NCBI GenBank assembly: GCA_049517415.1
Contig: JBEKSC010000017.1
Span: 1 to 61,493, forward strand
DNA: 61,493 bases
Reading direction: 5' to 3'
Origin: Candidatus Bathyarchaeia archaeon
Lineage (GTDB): Archaea > Thermoproteota > Bathyarchaeia > 40CM-2-53-6
Shown one piece after another: positions 29,045-38,316 of the stretch (position 1 is its first letter; each line of letters begins with the position of its first letter). Below the pieces are notes generated by a model. It was not told the DNA's origin. It did not search any database and saw only the letters and a list, made by a program, of their open reading frames with translations. Position numbers and translations under genes: made by a program.

Positions 29045-31302
29045 AGGCTTTCGTCCTCCCGGTAATCGGTCAGAAGGCTCTGCTCCGTTGTCTCAACCGT
29101 CTTAGATTTCAACGTCTCCCACTCTTCGGCCTTAATGAGGCCGCCCACTTGCTCTTTGATCTTCTTAGCCAGCGATGGTCCGATTAATGGAACGTTCATC
29201 AGGTCTGTCACGGAGGCGTGTTTTAGATCGTCAAGGTGTCTGTACCCAGCATTGAACAATGAGCGCGCCCTTATGCGTCCTACACCGTCGAGTTCAACCA
29301 GAGGAACGAGTTCAGACTTGACCCCCTTAGCGCATCGAATCTGTAGTTCGTAGGTTGGGGCCAGAAGGTCCTTGTGTCCGAACAGCTCAGCCAACTGATA
29401 AGTCGCATGCAAAAGCCACCTGGAAGTGTCAACCATCCTTAGCATGTCGCCCGGTTCAACCTTGTGGACTTCAAGTATTCCGTCCTCGCTAGTTTCATTG
29501 ATCCATTCATACATGACCCTCGCGCACTTGATCTCTGCCAAAAATTCTTCATAGGTCACACCATTCGTATCGCCGAAGTACTCAGGAGTTTCACACATGA
29601 ATTCGTCTTCGTGCTCCTTCGCGAAAAGATCAAGCATTTCATCTTCTCCGCGTCGCGGGTAGAGCTTAGGAGATATGTCTGGCGTTCGTGATATTAGATG
29701 CAGGAAGCTTACCTCAGTTACGTGTTTGGCGCGGGTATACAATCCGTCACGGAGGACCACCGCTGACACGGGGTCTATGTATAGTTCTGAGACTCGCCGG
29801 CCGAATTTGGTGGCCTTCAAATCTTCGCCCTCGAATTCAACCATTTGTTCCCTATGAAGGAAAGAGAGTATTTCGCCGAGCTTTCCCTTAATCATCTTAG
29901 GGTTGTATTGGAAAGCGTAGAAGGTCTTCGCGAAAAATCTAGTTAATCCATCCTCAGTGTTGGCGAACCGCGTGGCGATGGTAGCCAAGACGTGAGGCCT
30001 GAGAACTTTCTCAGCCCCCAGTTTCGACCAGATTCTTTCAGGCTCTGCAAGCGCGTAGTTCTTCAGAAGGTAGTCCTGTTCATCTTCTGTCTTGGCAATG
30101 AGGATGGCCTCACCATACTTATCATACTTAGGCCTACCCGCCCGGCCACAAAACTGCTTATACTCCAAAACCGAAATTGGGTAACGCCCGTACCCAGCCT
30201 CATACCTCTCATAGCTGCTAATGATCACCGTTCTCGCGGGGAGGTTTACTCCGGCAGCCAATGTCGGGGTTGCCGAAAGAATTTTCAGCCGGCCAGCCTT
30301 GAACGCATCCTCAATAATCTTACGATGGGGACCCGGCAAACCTGCGTGGTGGAAGGCCACCCCATTCAGGGCTTGTTCCGCCAAAACGTCCCCTAGGCGT
30401 GTCCTTTCGCCGGTCGCGAGAATTCTTTGGGCAAGGTTTTCCAGAGCCCTACGGTCCGGTTTAGGCATGTGCCTTCTAAGAAGTGCCGCTGCCTTCTTAC
30501 CCATTTCCACGGCAGTGCGCCGGGTTTCAGCGAAGATTAGAACTTGACCGCCGTCCCGCACTACTTCAAGCGCTGTGTCAAAAATCGGGTTCATGTCAGT
30601 GTGTGGGATGAAGCGCGAGGACCCATCCTTGAATTGAATTTGCCCATTACAATAGACGCCTTCCCTGAGTGGGACGGGCCGCCACTCCGTAGTAATCGGG
30701 ATGCCTTTGAGCCATTCACCAATCTCCGTTGCGTTCTTGATGGTCGCGCTCAAAGCTATGATCTGAATTTGCGGGTTGAGTTTGAGTAAGCGGGTTAGTA
30801 CGACTTCAAGGGTCGGGCCCCTGTCGGCTTCAGTGATGAGGTGAATTTCATCGGCGACAACTACCGAAACCTCCGCAATCCAGGGTGAGCGGTGTCTTAG
30901 GAGTGAATCGGCTTTCTCGTTTGTAGAAATGATGACGTCGTAGTTGGCGAGGTATACGTCGGAACTATCGTAATCCCCGCTGGTAACGGCTACCCTTACC
31001 TTTCGGCCTGGTGCTTTTTCAACGGATGTATACTTTTGGAAGTCTTCGTACTTCTCACTTGCCAGCGCTCGCAACGGTGTGAGGTATAGGGCTTTTCCGC
31101 CCTTCTCGACTATTGATTTGAGAACTACCATTTCTGCGACAAGGGTCTTTCCAGAGGCCGTTGGGCTTGCTAGAACGATGTTCTTGCCCTTCAATGCCCC
31201 AGCTTTGATAGCATCCTCTTGGGGAGGGTACAGTATGTCGTAGCCCGCTTTAGCTAGAACGGCCTTAACAGCGTCTGGGATGGCTAGTTCGTCAACCCGC
31301 AA
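29041..31302 (-). CDS. hel308: Ski2-like ATP-dependent DNA helicase Hel308
   Basis: PTASGKT, DEIH, LSAT, FHHAGL, TPTLAAGVNLPA, GRAGRP, C-terminal GVGRIRARSL. Confidence 0.95.
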   Translation of the reverse strand: MRVDELAIPDAVKAVLAKAGYDILYPPQEDAIKAGALKGKNIVLASPTASGKTLVAEMVVLKSIVEKGGKALYLTPLRALASEKYEDFQKYTSVEKAPGRKVRVAVTSGDYDSSDVYLANYDVIISTNEKADSLLRHRSPWIAEVSVVVADEIHLITEADRGPTLEVVLTRLLKLNPQIQIIALSATIKNATEIGEWLKGIPITTEWRPVPLREGVYCNGQIQFKDGSSRFIPHTDMNPIFDTALEVVRDGGQVLIFAETRRTAVEMGKKAAALLRRHMPKPDRRALENLAQRILATGERTRLGDVLAEQALNGVAFHHAGLPGPHRKIIEDAFKAGRLKILSATPTLAAGVNLPARTVIISSYERYEAGYGRYPISVLEYKQFCGRAGRPKYDKYGEAILIAKTEDEQDYLLKNYALAEPERIWSKLGAEKVLRPHVLATIATRFANTEDGLTRFFAKTFYAFQYNPKMIKGKLGEILSFLHREQMVEFEGEDLKATKFGRRVSELYIDPVSAVVLRDGLYTRAKHVTEVSFLHLISRTPDISPKLYPRRGEDEMLDLFAKEHEDEFMCETPEYFGDTNGVTYEEFLAEIKCARVMYEWINETSEDGILEVHKVEPGDMLRMVDTSRWLLHATYQLAELFGHKDLLAPTYELQIRCAKGVKSELVPLVELDGVGRIRARSLFNAGYRHLDDLKHASVTDLMNVPLIGPSLAKKIKEQVGGLIKAEEWETLKSKTVETTEQSLLTDYREDESL

Positions 31303-31318
31303 CGCAGGGAGGCCTCTG

Positions 31319-33361
31319 TCAAGCAGCTGTTCGCTTCAAGTGGCCAGGCTTGGGCGAGTAAAGTATTCCTTCCCTGACTAATTGGTCGACCAGCCTTCTT
31401 GCGTCTTCGTCTGTTACGTCAACCTTCCGCGAAAGTGCCTGGTACAGCGTCGAGTCTTCGACGATTCCCAACTGCTTCTCCAAATCAGCGAACGTGCTCA
31501 GGACCACCTGCATCTTATCTCTCAAGCTCTTGGGCTTGCCCGTCATTATGACATCAATGTCCATCTTCCCAGTACTCGTGTCGATGCCCACGTCCTGCAG
31601 TGATAGCGTCATTAGCCGAATTATGCTGCGGGCGTCCTCAGCTTCAACACGGTCACGCAAAAAGCTCCTAGCCCTTGCTTCAGACAATCTAACTAGCGCT
31701 TCGAGCTGTCTGGGTGTTATGACAACGGGTGATTCTGATGAGCCGGACATCGAACGCATCTTAAGGTAATACTGCCTAATCTCATTCACAGCCTCTTCGG
31801 ACAGGACTGGTTCGACGCGCTTGGCGTACGCAATATACTTGCGTAGTAGGTCGGGAAGGAGTGGTGGCTGCTCTGGAGTAGTCTTCAACCTGTGAAGGGT
31901 GAGTATGTGTTCCGACATTCTTCTATCCGAGTCGGGTTCTGGAACATCCTTCATGATGAAGAGTAGGTCGAAACGTGTCAGTAACGTTACGGGTAGGCTA
32001 ATGTTATCCGTGATGTTCCGGTACGGGTCATATCTCCCCAAACTTGGGTTGGCAGCCGCGAGAACGGCGGCCCTTGCGTTTAGTGTCGCAACGATCCCTC
32101 CCTTGGCTACGCTGACGGTGTGCTGCTCCAGCGCCTCGTGTATCGCCACTCGATCTTCTGGGCGCATCTTGTCAACTTCGTCGATGCAAGCGACCCCTTT
32201 ATCGGCCAGGACAAGGGCGCCCGCTTCTAGCACCATTCCTCCCGATTTTTCGCGGACTACTGCGGCGGTTAAGCCGGCGGCTGTTGTGCCGCGGCCGCTT
32301 GTGTATAGCCCTCGGGGTGCGATTCGTGCAACGTATTGTAGCAATTGACTTTTCGCCACTCCCGGGTCTCCCACGAGGAGAACGTTGATCTCGCTTCGTA
32401 TCGAGACACCATCAGGGAGTCGCTTGGGTACTCCCCCAAAGAGGAGGTACAGGACAGCTTCTTTGATATCCCCGTAACCATAGATGGATGGGGCTAATGA
32501 GGCGATTAGCTTACGGTGGATGAATGGGTCTTTTGCCAGTTCCCTTATCAGCCTCTCATCCTCAGGCGTTATTTCTACAACCTCAATCTCCTTCCCCATG
32601 ATGTCAACATAGTTGGCGTCGAGGAGAAGTTCGAATGTTCGTAGCCTCGCCTTTCGGCCGGCGAACTCTTGCTGCGCCCGTGCAATGCCTATTATTGATA
32701 CGCGGTCGCCAGGGCGGGCGATGTCGACTAGGTCCTCCGAGAGCTTGATGTCGACTGCCCTCGGTAGCTGGCCAGGGGGAAGGTCTTCAGGCCGCTCTTG
32801 AATGCGGATTTCCTGGGAGTTCATGAAGATCGACATTTTCTCCATGAATTCAAAAACTTTCGAGCGACAATGGGCGCAGACTCCGGGCCCGCGCATCAAT
32901 GTTCCCGCCTGTTCGACATAGCTCATGGCGTTGCACTTGCGGCATTGGAAGGCTGCTTTGAGAAGCAAAGGTTTGACGGATGTTGATCGCACGATTATGC
33001 CATCGATCGATAGCAACCGGCCAATGTTTTCCGATCCGATCTTGCGTAGGGAATGTTTCTCCGGCAGTTTTCTAAAACGAACGCGAAGGCGTTTTATGAC
33101 CTCAGCGTATTCAGGATCCTCGATCTTGAGTTGCGCCCAGGCGCTTCGGTCTAAGTATTCCAAGTACTCGTCGGGTTTATCAAGAATGGAGCGGGCGAGG
33201 TCTGCATCATGGGCTATGAGGTCTTCAAAATCAACAATGATTGATCTAAAGCCGGAGAGTGCCACGTGGCCTAGGCGCTTTCTGTATTTGTACTCCTCGT
33301 CAGCCCTGAAAGTCCTGAGGAAGTCTTGAAAACGTTCCTCGGGGTTTTGGAGCGTGGTCAC
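31319..33361 (-). CDS. mcm: Replicative helicase MCM (no intein)
   Basis: CRKC/CAHC Zn finger, GDPGVAKSQ, GLTAAV, IDEVDKM, AAANP, TRFD, ITPRQLE, C-terminal winged helix. Confidence 0.98.
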   Translation of the reverse strand: MTTLQNPEERFQDFLRTFRADEEYKYRKRLGHVALSGFRSIIVDFEDLIAHDADLARSILDKPDEYLEYLDRSAWAQLKIEDPEYAEVIKRLRVRFRKLPEKHSLRKIGSENIGRLLSIDGIIVRSTSVKPLLLKAAFQCRKCNAMSYVEQAGTLMRGPGVCAHCRSKVFEFMEKMSIFMNSQEIRIQERPEDLPPGQLPRAVDIKLSEDLVDIARPGDRVSIIGIARAQQEFAGRKARLRTFELLLDANYVDIMGKEIEVVEITPEDERLIRELAKDPFIHRKLIASLAPSIYGYGDIKEAVLYLLFGGVPKRLPDGVSIRSEINVLLVGDPGVAKSQLLQYVARIAPRGLYTSGRGTTAAGLTAAVVREKSGGMVLEAGALVLADKGVACIDEVDKMRPEDRVAIHEALEQHTVSVAKGGIVATLNARAAVLAAANPSLGRYDPYRNITDNISLPVTLLTRFDLLFIMKDVPEPDSDRRMSEHILTLHRLKTTPEQPPLLPDLLRKYIAYAKRVEPVLSEEAVNEIRQYYLKMRSMSGSSESPVVITPRQLEALVRLSEARARSFLRDRVEAEDARSIIRLMTLSLQDVGIDTSTGKMDIDVIMTGKPKSLRDKMQVVLSTFADLEKQLGIVEDSTLYQALSRKVDVTDEDARRLVDQLVREGILYSPKPGHLKRTAA

Positions 33362-33918
33362 GCCTTCAATTCCTGCCCAAGAAGTTTAGATTTCCAATTC
33401 TCAATGATTTTGTTCAGAGTAGAATAGAGAACCCGTTCTTCGTACGTCAAACCCTGAATGAGTTCCTCTGAGGGTGTCGGGGAGGCCGCGATGGAAACTA
33501 TCTTTCGAAGCCTGCAATTGACGATGTCGCGCACCAAGCTTTCGCTTCTTTCAAGTTCCCGAAGCTTTACTTGGTCTTGTCTGCTCAACTGATGGAGCTC
33601 AGCTAGGTGCCGCCTAAGTAGGCAGTAGAAGTTTGCCTGCAGTGCTGGCAATTGCCTCGACGCTGGAATGGTCTCCCTCCAGTGAATTTTCGACAACGAA
33701 TTATAGTTGAGAACATCCTCTTCTCTGAATCTTGCGTACCCTAACTGGACGAGTTCCTTCGCGGTCCAATATGGAACTACCACTTCTTGCCCAACTTTCG
33801 CGGAGGACAGTTTCGCCATCCTAGGTGTTTCGGGCAACTCCCGGGTCACGACTACCCGGAACTGAGAGTTTTCAAAATCAAAGTCAACGTCGTCGACTGA
33901 CATCAAGGCCTCTGCCAA
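33358..33918 (-). CDS. GINS subunit (Gins23-type)
   Basis: VPYWTAKELVQLG, RLRKIV, LTYEERVLY; stop overlaps the mcm start. Confidence 0.85.
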   Translation of the reverse strand: MAEALMSVDDVDFDFENSQFRVVVTRELPETPRMAKLSSAKVGQEVVVPYWTAKELVQLGYARFREEDVLNYNSLSKIHWRETIPASRQLPALQANFYCLLRRHLAELHQLSRQDQVKLRELERSESLVRDIVNCRLRKIVSIAASPTPSEELIQGLTYEERVLYSTLNKIIENWKSKLLGQELKA

Positions 33919-33996
33919 GAATGAACCACCAAACCCGTAACCCGCTCTTTTCCAAGTTAAACCCTTAACTCGAATTCTTTTTGCTATTCAGTCGAG

Positions 33997-34010
33997 ATTT
34001 CCATTGGAGC
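33997..34010 (-). promoter_or_regulatory. ORB-like (Orc1/Cdc6-binding) box 1
   Basis: Minus strand GCTCCAATGGAAAT versus archaeal ORB core GTTCCAGTGGAAA(C/T). Confidence 0.45.
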
Positions 34011-34120
34011 GACAAACGCGACGGGAGAGACGGCTGAAAGTGTAATGGACGTTTTCAGATGCATCATAAGCACGCCTTCCGGAGTGGGCCAATGCTTTTG
34101 AAGGTGGATTGTAAACTTCA

Positions 34121-34134
34121 GTTGCACTGGAAAT
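34121..34134 (+). promoter_or_regulatory. ORB-like box 2, inverted relative to box 1
   Basis: GTTGCACTGGAAAT; no G-string follows. Confidence 0.4.
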
Positions 34135-34165
34135 CGAACGTGTGATTGGACGCGGTGGAGAAAAA

Positions 34166-35146
34166 TTGAGCCAAGGCAACGTCATGTGGATCGAAAAGTA
34201 TAGGCCCAAGTCTCTCGACGAAGTCTTCAACCAAAAGGAAACGGTCGAAGGAATCAGAGCGTTACTGAAAACGCCTGCAACGATGCCGCATTTTCTTTTT
34301 GCGGGCCCCCCGGGCACTGGAAAAAGCACGGTTGCTCTTTGTGTGGCCCGGCAATTGATGGGTGAAAGTTTTCGCAGCCTGGTTTTGGAGTTGAATGCTT
34401 CTGATGAGCGCGGAATCGGTGTTGTTCGCGAGCGAATCAAAGGGTTCTCGCAGATAATTCAGTCCACCCCGTCAGGGGTTCAATTCGGCCTCGTCATTCT
34501 TGACGAATGCGACGAAATGACTCGGGACGCCCAAACTGCGCTTAGGAGAATCATGGAGACCTCATCCAGAACCTGTCGCTTCATACTCATCTGTAACTAT
34601 CAGAGTGGCATCATAGAACCTATCCAAAGCCGATGTTCCGTTTTCCGGTTTAGGAGATTGGAGAAACCAGAAGCTATCGAATACCTAGCGAAGATTTGCA
34701 AATCTGAAGGAGTAGACGCAGATTCAAGGGCCGTTGAACGTATTTTCGAAATCTCGGAGGGTGATCTTCGAAGAGCGGTCAACTTCCTTCAGGTCGCTGC
34801 GACGAGCACGAAAGGTGGAAAACTGGATTTGAAGGCACTTGACAAGACGGTGCCGGAAGCCCAGAGCGAGCTTATCGATGAGATGTTAAAGTTCGCCCTA
34901 CAAGGCGAGTTCATGAAGTCGCGAGACGTAATGTATGAGCTGATGGGTAAACACGGCGTCAGCGGAAGAGAAATCATCCGTGGAGCTAACCGTGAAATCA
35001 GCCGCATGCCAGAAACTTCGGGCGATAAGCAGGCTGAGATTGTGCGTGCACTCGGTGAGTGTGATTTTAGGTTAACGCAGGGTGCGAACGAGGATATTCA
35101 ACTCAGCGCCATGTTGGCCCAGTTGAGTGTGATTGGAAGAAAGTAG
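34166..35146 (+). CDS. rfcS: Replication factor C small subunit
   Basis: WIEKYRP, GPPGTGKS, ELNASDERGI, LDECD, IQSRC, GDLRRA; start uncertain (34142, 34166 or 34184). Confidence 0.97.
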   Translation: MSQGNVMWIEKYRPKSLDEVFNQKETVEGIRALLKTPATMPHFLFAGPPGTGKSTVALCVARQLMGESFRSLVLELNASDERGIGVVRERIKGFSQIIQSTPSGVQFGLVILDECDEMTRDAQTALRRIMETSSRTCRFILICNYQSGIIEPIQSRCSVFRFRRLEKPEAIEYLAKICKSEGVDADSRAVERIFEISEGDLRRAVNFLQVAATSTKGGKLDLKALDKTVPEAQSELIDEMLKFALQGEFMKSRDVMYELMGKHGVSGREIIRGANREISRMPETSGDKQAEIVRALGECDFRLTQGANEDIQLSAMLAQLSVIGRK

Positions 35147-36941
35147 CGTGCAAGCGCTTCAAAGTGTCGCTTGGACAGAGAAGTACCGCCCCCTGTCCAC
35201 AGCTGCACTTCTGGGCAACGAGGAATCAGTTGAGGCATTCAAGGCCTGGATGAAGCAATGGACCTTGAAGAGGAAACCCACAAAGGCATGCCTCCTAGTC
35301 GGGCCACCTGGGGTAGGAAAAACAACGCTCGCCAGAGCCGCTGCGAACGATTTCCAGTTCCGAGTCATCGAGATGAATGCAAGCGACATCAGGACTGAGA
35401 AAGCCATCAAGAACTTGCTCGCTCCCGCAAGGTCATCTGTAACGCTCGACAGCTTCACCTCCGACAGTCGAGGAAATTTGGTTCTCATGGACGAGGTGGA
35501 TGGTGTTTTTGGGCGGGAAGACCGCGGAGGGTTGGGAGGGATTCTTTCAGTAATCAAACAGTCGCCCGTGCCAATTGTCCTGACGGCTAACAATGTAGAC
35601 GACGAAAAGTTTGACGACCTTAAGAAGGCCTGCATTGTCGTCCCCCTTGTTGAAATTCGCCCTCGACTGTTGCTGCTGCTAATCAACCATACACTTGCCG
35701 AAGAGGGACGCTCAGTTCCTGAAAAGGCAAGGAGACGAATTGCGAGCGAAAGTCATGGGGACATAAGATCCGCGGTCAATGACATTCAAACCGTCGCAAC
35801 CAGCGGCGCCGTTAACTTACGTCCGGAACGAACGAGGAGGCTAGATGAAAAAAGCACGTTAAGGGGACTATTTGCTTCCCGAGGAGTAGGCGAAGCCAGA
35901 CGCGCCCTCAACGAGACTGAGATTCCTCTTTACCGCGACGAACTGCTCCTGCTGGTTCACGACCTACTACCGTACCTGTACACTACGCCCATCAAATTAG
36001 CGAAAGCCTACGACAGCCTCTCCCGCGCGGACATTGGGTATGGCAGGGTTGGTGCGAGCCGTTCCCGTGGCATGATGCCGCCCCCATTCAACCAGCCGCG
36101 CAGGGACGCGGTGCCAGAATGGAGCCTTCTGCCCGTCGCACTGAACGAATTGGCCTCGGTGGGAACGGACCCAGTGGATAACGACATAGAGCATGCGATG
36201 GATGTAGCCCCACTGCTCTCGAGGAAAATTGTCGATCGTTACCAGTACCGACTCTGGGCGTTGGACCACCTGTCCGGCAGAATAGCCAGGGCGTGCCATA
36301 TGTCGAAACGTAAGGCGTTGCATGAAGTTGTTCCGTTCCTAGTTGCAATTTTCAAATCCGATGGGGAGCGGGGCCGAGAAATTGCGCTGAGCTTGGAAGC
36401 GGAGGAGCGGGACATAGACTTCCTGGTTTCAGAATCTAAGACGCAAGCTGCTGTGAAGGGCCCTAAGGAGGTTCTTGATCCGACGGGCTTCAAGTTGCCG
36501 TACATGGGCAAAGACAAGTTCATCCAACTCATGCGAGCTGGCATCAGCTACGATAGGAGCGGCGGCAAGTTCGCCGTGCGTCGCCTCGACAACCTTGACA
36601 CGGTTGAGGAAAGGTTGTCGGACATAATGGCGAGGCCTATCAAATTCCAACGTCCTGAGCAAACTGCGACAGAAGTTGAGGGCAAGGTAGTCAAGGAATG
36701 CTACGTGGACGAACGGAAAATTATTTGCGAGGAATGCGATTTCATTGAGAATTGCCCAACACACATAATCCCATCTCTGAAGTTTTGTATCTGCGATCAA
36801 ACGCTTTCAGACCCGACAGGTTATGAAAAGTATCTGGCAAAGAACGGCATGGCTGCGAAGGCAGCTAAAGCACCTAAGCCGGTTAAGGCGGCCAAGAAGA
36901 CGAACGGGGCGAAGCGGGCTGTGACCCGCAAGAAGGGTTAA
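35133..36941 (+). CDS. rfcL: Replication factor C large subunit with C-terminal Cys-rich extension
   Basis: WTEKYRP, GPPGVGKTT, EMNASDIR, DEVDG, GDIRSAVNDIQ; follows rfcS. Confidence 0.93.
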   Translation: MEESSVQALQSVAWTEKYRPLSTAALLGNEESVEAFKAWMKQWTLKRKPTKACLLVGPPGVGKTTLARAAANDFQFRVIEMNASDIRTEKAIKNLLAPARSSVTLDSFTSDSRGNLVLMDEVDGVFGREDRGGLGGILSVIKQSPVPIVLTANNVDDEKFDDLKKACIVVPLVEIRPRLLLLLINHTLAEEGRSVPEKARRRIASESHGDIRSAVNDIQTVATSGAVNLRPERTRRLDEKSTLRGLFASRGVGEARRALNETEIPLYRDELLLLVHDLLPYLYTTPIKLAKAYDSLSRADIGYGRVGASRSRGMMPPPFNQPRRDAVPEWSLLPVALNELASVGTDPVDNDIEHAMDVAPLLSRKIVDRYQYRLWALDHLSGRIARACHMSKRKALHEVVPFLVAIFKSDGERGREIALSLEAEERDIDFLVSESKTQAAVKGPKEVLDPTGFKLPYMGKDKFIQLMRAGISYDRSGGKFAVRRLDNLDTVEERLSDIMARPIKFQRPEQTATEVEGKVVKECYVDERKIICEECDFIENCPTHIIPSLKFCICDQTLSDPTGYEKYLAKNGMAAKAAKAPKPVKAAKKTNGAKRAVTRKKG

Positions 36942-36986
36942 CCTTGGAATGTTCACCCACGCCAGCGCAGGTTTGAGTTTCAATAT

Positions 36987-37158
36987 GTGGTGTAGTTTTC
37001 TGGGGGATTTCGGCCGCGCGCACGCTTGGAAGACCCCTAGCGGGGGTGGTGCACTTTTTGGGGTCCGACGGGGCTGATTTCGCAACCTTTCCCGTCGCAC
37101 GCTAGGTTGCGTGCGCACGTTTTTGGCGAGGGGGGGGTGGTGGCGTAGTTTTGTGGGG
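36987..37158 (+). repeat. Three copies of an 18-19-nt motif GTGGYGYASTTTT(S)TGGGG in a G-rich intergenic region
   Basis: 36987 gtggtgtagttttctgggg; 37046 gtggtgcactttttgggg; 37140 gtggcgtagttttgtgggg. Confidence 0.7.
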
Positions 37159-37259
37159 AAGGCATATTACTCATCCCAAACGGCGGTGGAGAATAAGGCT
37201 TGAGGGAGGCCACGCAAAATCTCGTCAGTGAAATGAGCGGGGTGTCTTTGAAACGTCTG

Positions 37260-37793
37260 TTAATGTTCGTGAGCTATCCTGATGATGTGCCCTAGTTCCG
37301 GAAGTATCAGCTTCTCCATGGCTGTTTGAACGGCATCCGGTGATCCTGGAAGACAGAAGATCGCTTTTCCTTTGCTCGTTCCCGCGAATGCGCGGCTAAG
37401 AATAGCTGAAGAGCCGATACTTTCAAAACTGATTTTCCTGAAGATTTCGCCAAAACCGGGGATTATTCTGTCAACGAGCGGGGCGATGCTCTCTGGGGTC
37501 ACGTCCCTCGGGGAGAGCCCCGTCCCACCAGTAATGATTACCGCGTCAACCTTGCTAGATCTGAGGGCCTGTTTTGTTGATTTGATTATCATGGGTTTGG
37601 AGTCGGAGATCAGCTTGCGCCCTTCAATTCTGTGGCCCGCCGCCACGGCAAGACGCTGAATAATGTCCCCAGAGGCATCATCGGGCTCCTGACCTGCCTT
37701 GAGTTGATTGAACCTTGACGTGCTGCATGTTATGATGTAGATTCCGACCGACCTTGGCGCCGACGCCTTGTGGAGTTCCGGAACTTTGGCCAT
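37260..37793 (-). CDS. moaB: Molybdopterin adenylyltransferase MoaB/MogA
   Basis: DDASG, TGGTGLSPRDVTPE, PGFGE, LSRA, LPGSP. Confidence 0.93.
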   Translation of the reverse strand: MAKVPELHKASAPRSVGIYIITCSTSRFNQLKAGQEPDDASGDIIQRLAVAAGHRIEGRKLISDSKPMIIKSTKQALRSSKVDAVIITGGTGLSPRDVTPESIAPLVDRIIPGFGEIFRKISFESIGSSAILSRAFAGTSKGKAIFCLPGSPDAVQTAMEKLILPELGHIIRIAHEH

Positions 37794-38237
37794 TTATCTT
37801 CGCTTAATTTTCTTTATCACTCTGATGTTCTCGATCGCGGTGTTTGGGTATTGGCCTTTCCCGTCCTTCTCGTACTGCTTCACCATGTCCCAGATGGTGA
37901 GTAGATAGGTTGCGGTTGCTGTTAGTGCCTCCATCTCAACCCCAGTCTTAGCTTGCCCCTTCACATATGATTCCACCTTCAACGTATCTCCAACATAGGA
38001 GTGCTCGGTACGCACCGTTGTTATCGGAATCGAGTGGCAGAAAGGAAGCATCTGGGGCGTGCTCTTCGCTGCCATGATTGCCGCCACCTCCGCCGCAGCA
38101 ATGGCATCCCCCTTCCCAATCCTACCCGACCTAAGCCGCGCGATCGTGCCTGGCTTCAACCTAATCTCGCCCACCGCCGTAGCTTCCCTCATAACCACTT
38201 CCTTTGGCGAGATGTCAACCATCGAGAAACGGCGCAT
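37794..38237 (-). CDS. moaC: Cyclic pyranopterin monophosphate synthase MoaC
   Basis: MVDISPK, KGD, LPFCH, KTGVEMEALT, TIWDMVK. Confidence 0.96.
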   Translation of the reverse strand: MRRFSMVDISPKEVVMREATAVGEIRLKPGTIARLRSGRIGKGDAIAAAEVAAIMAAKSTPQMLPFCHSIPITTVRTEHSYVGDTLKVESYVKGQAKTGVEMEALTATATYLLTIWDMVKQYEKDGKGQYPNTAIENIRVIKKIKRR

Positions 38238-38316
38238 TCTCCATCAACCTCTTGCCCCACGTTAACGCCGCGCTAGCAAATTAGCTATTACGCTCGGGGG
38301 GATGGTACGAGCCGGT

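Noticed and set aside
36942..37259. tRNA or other known RNA gene in the G-rich gap
   Set aside because: No cloverleaf or T-loop (GTTCRA) pattern; reported as a repeat instead
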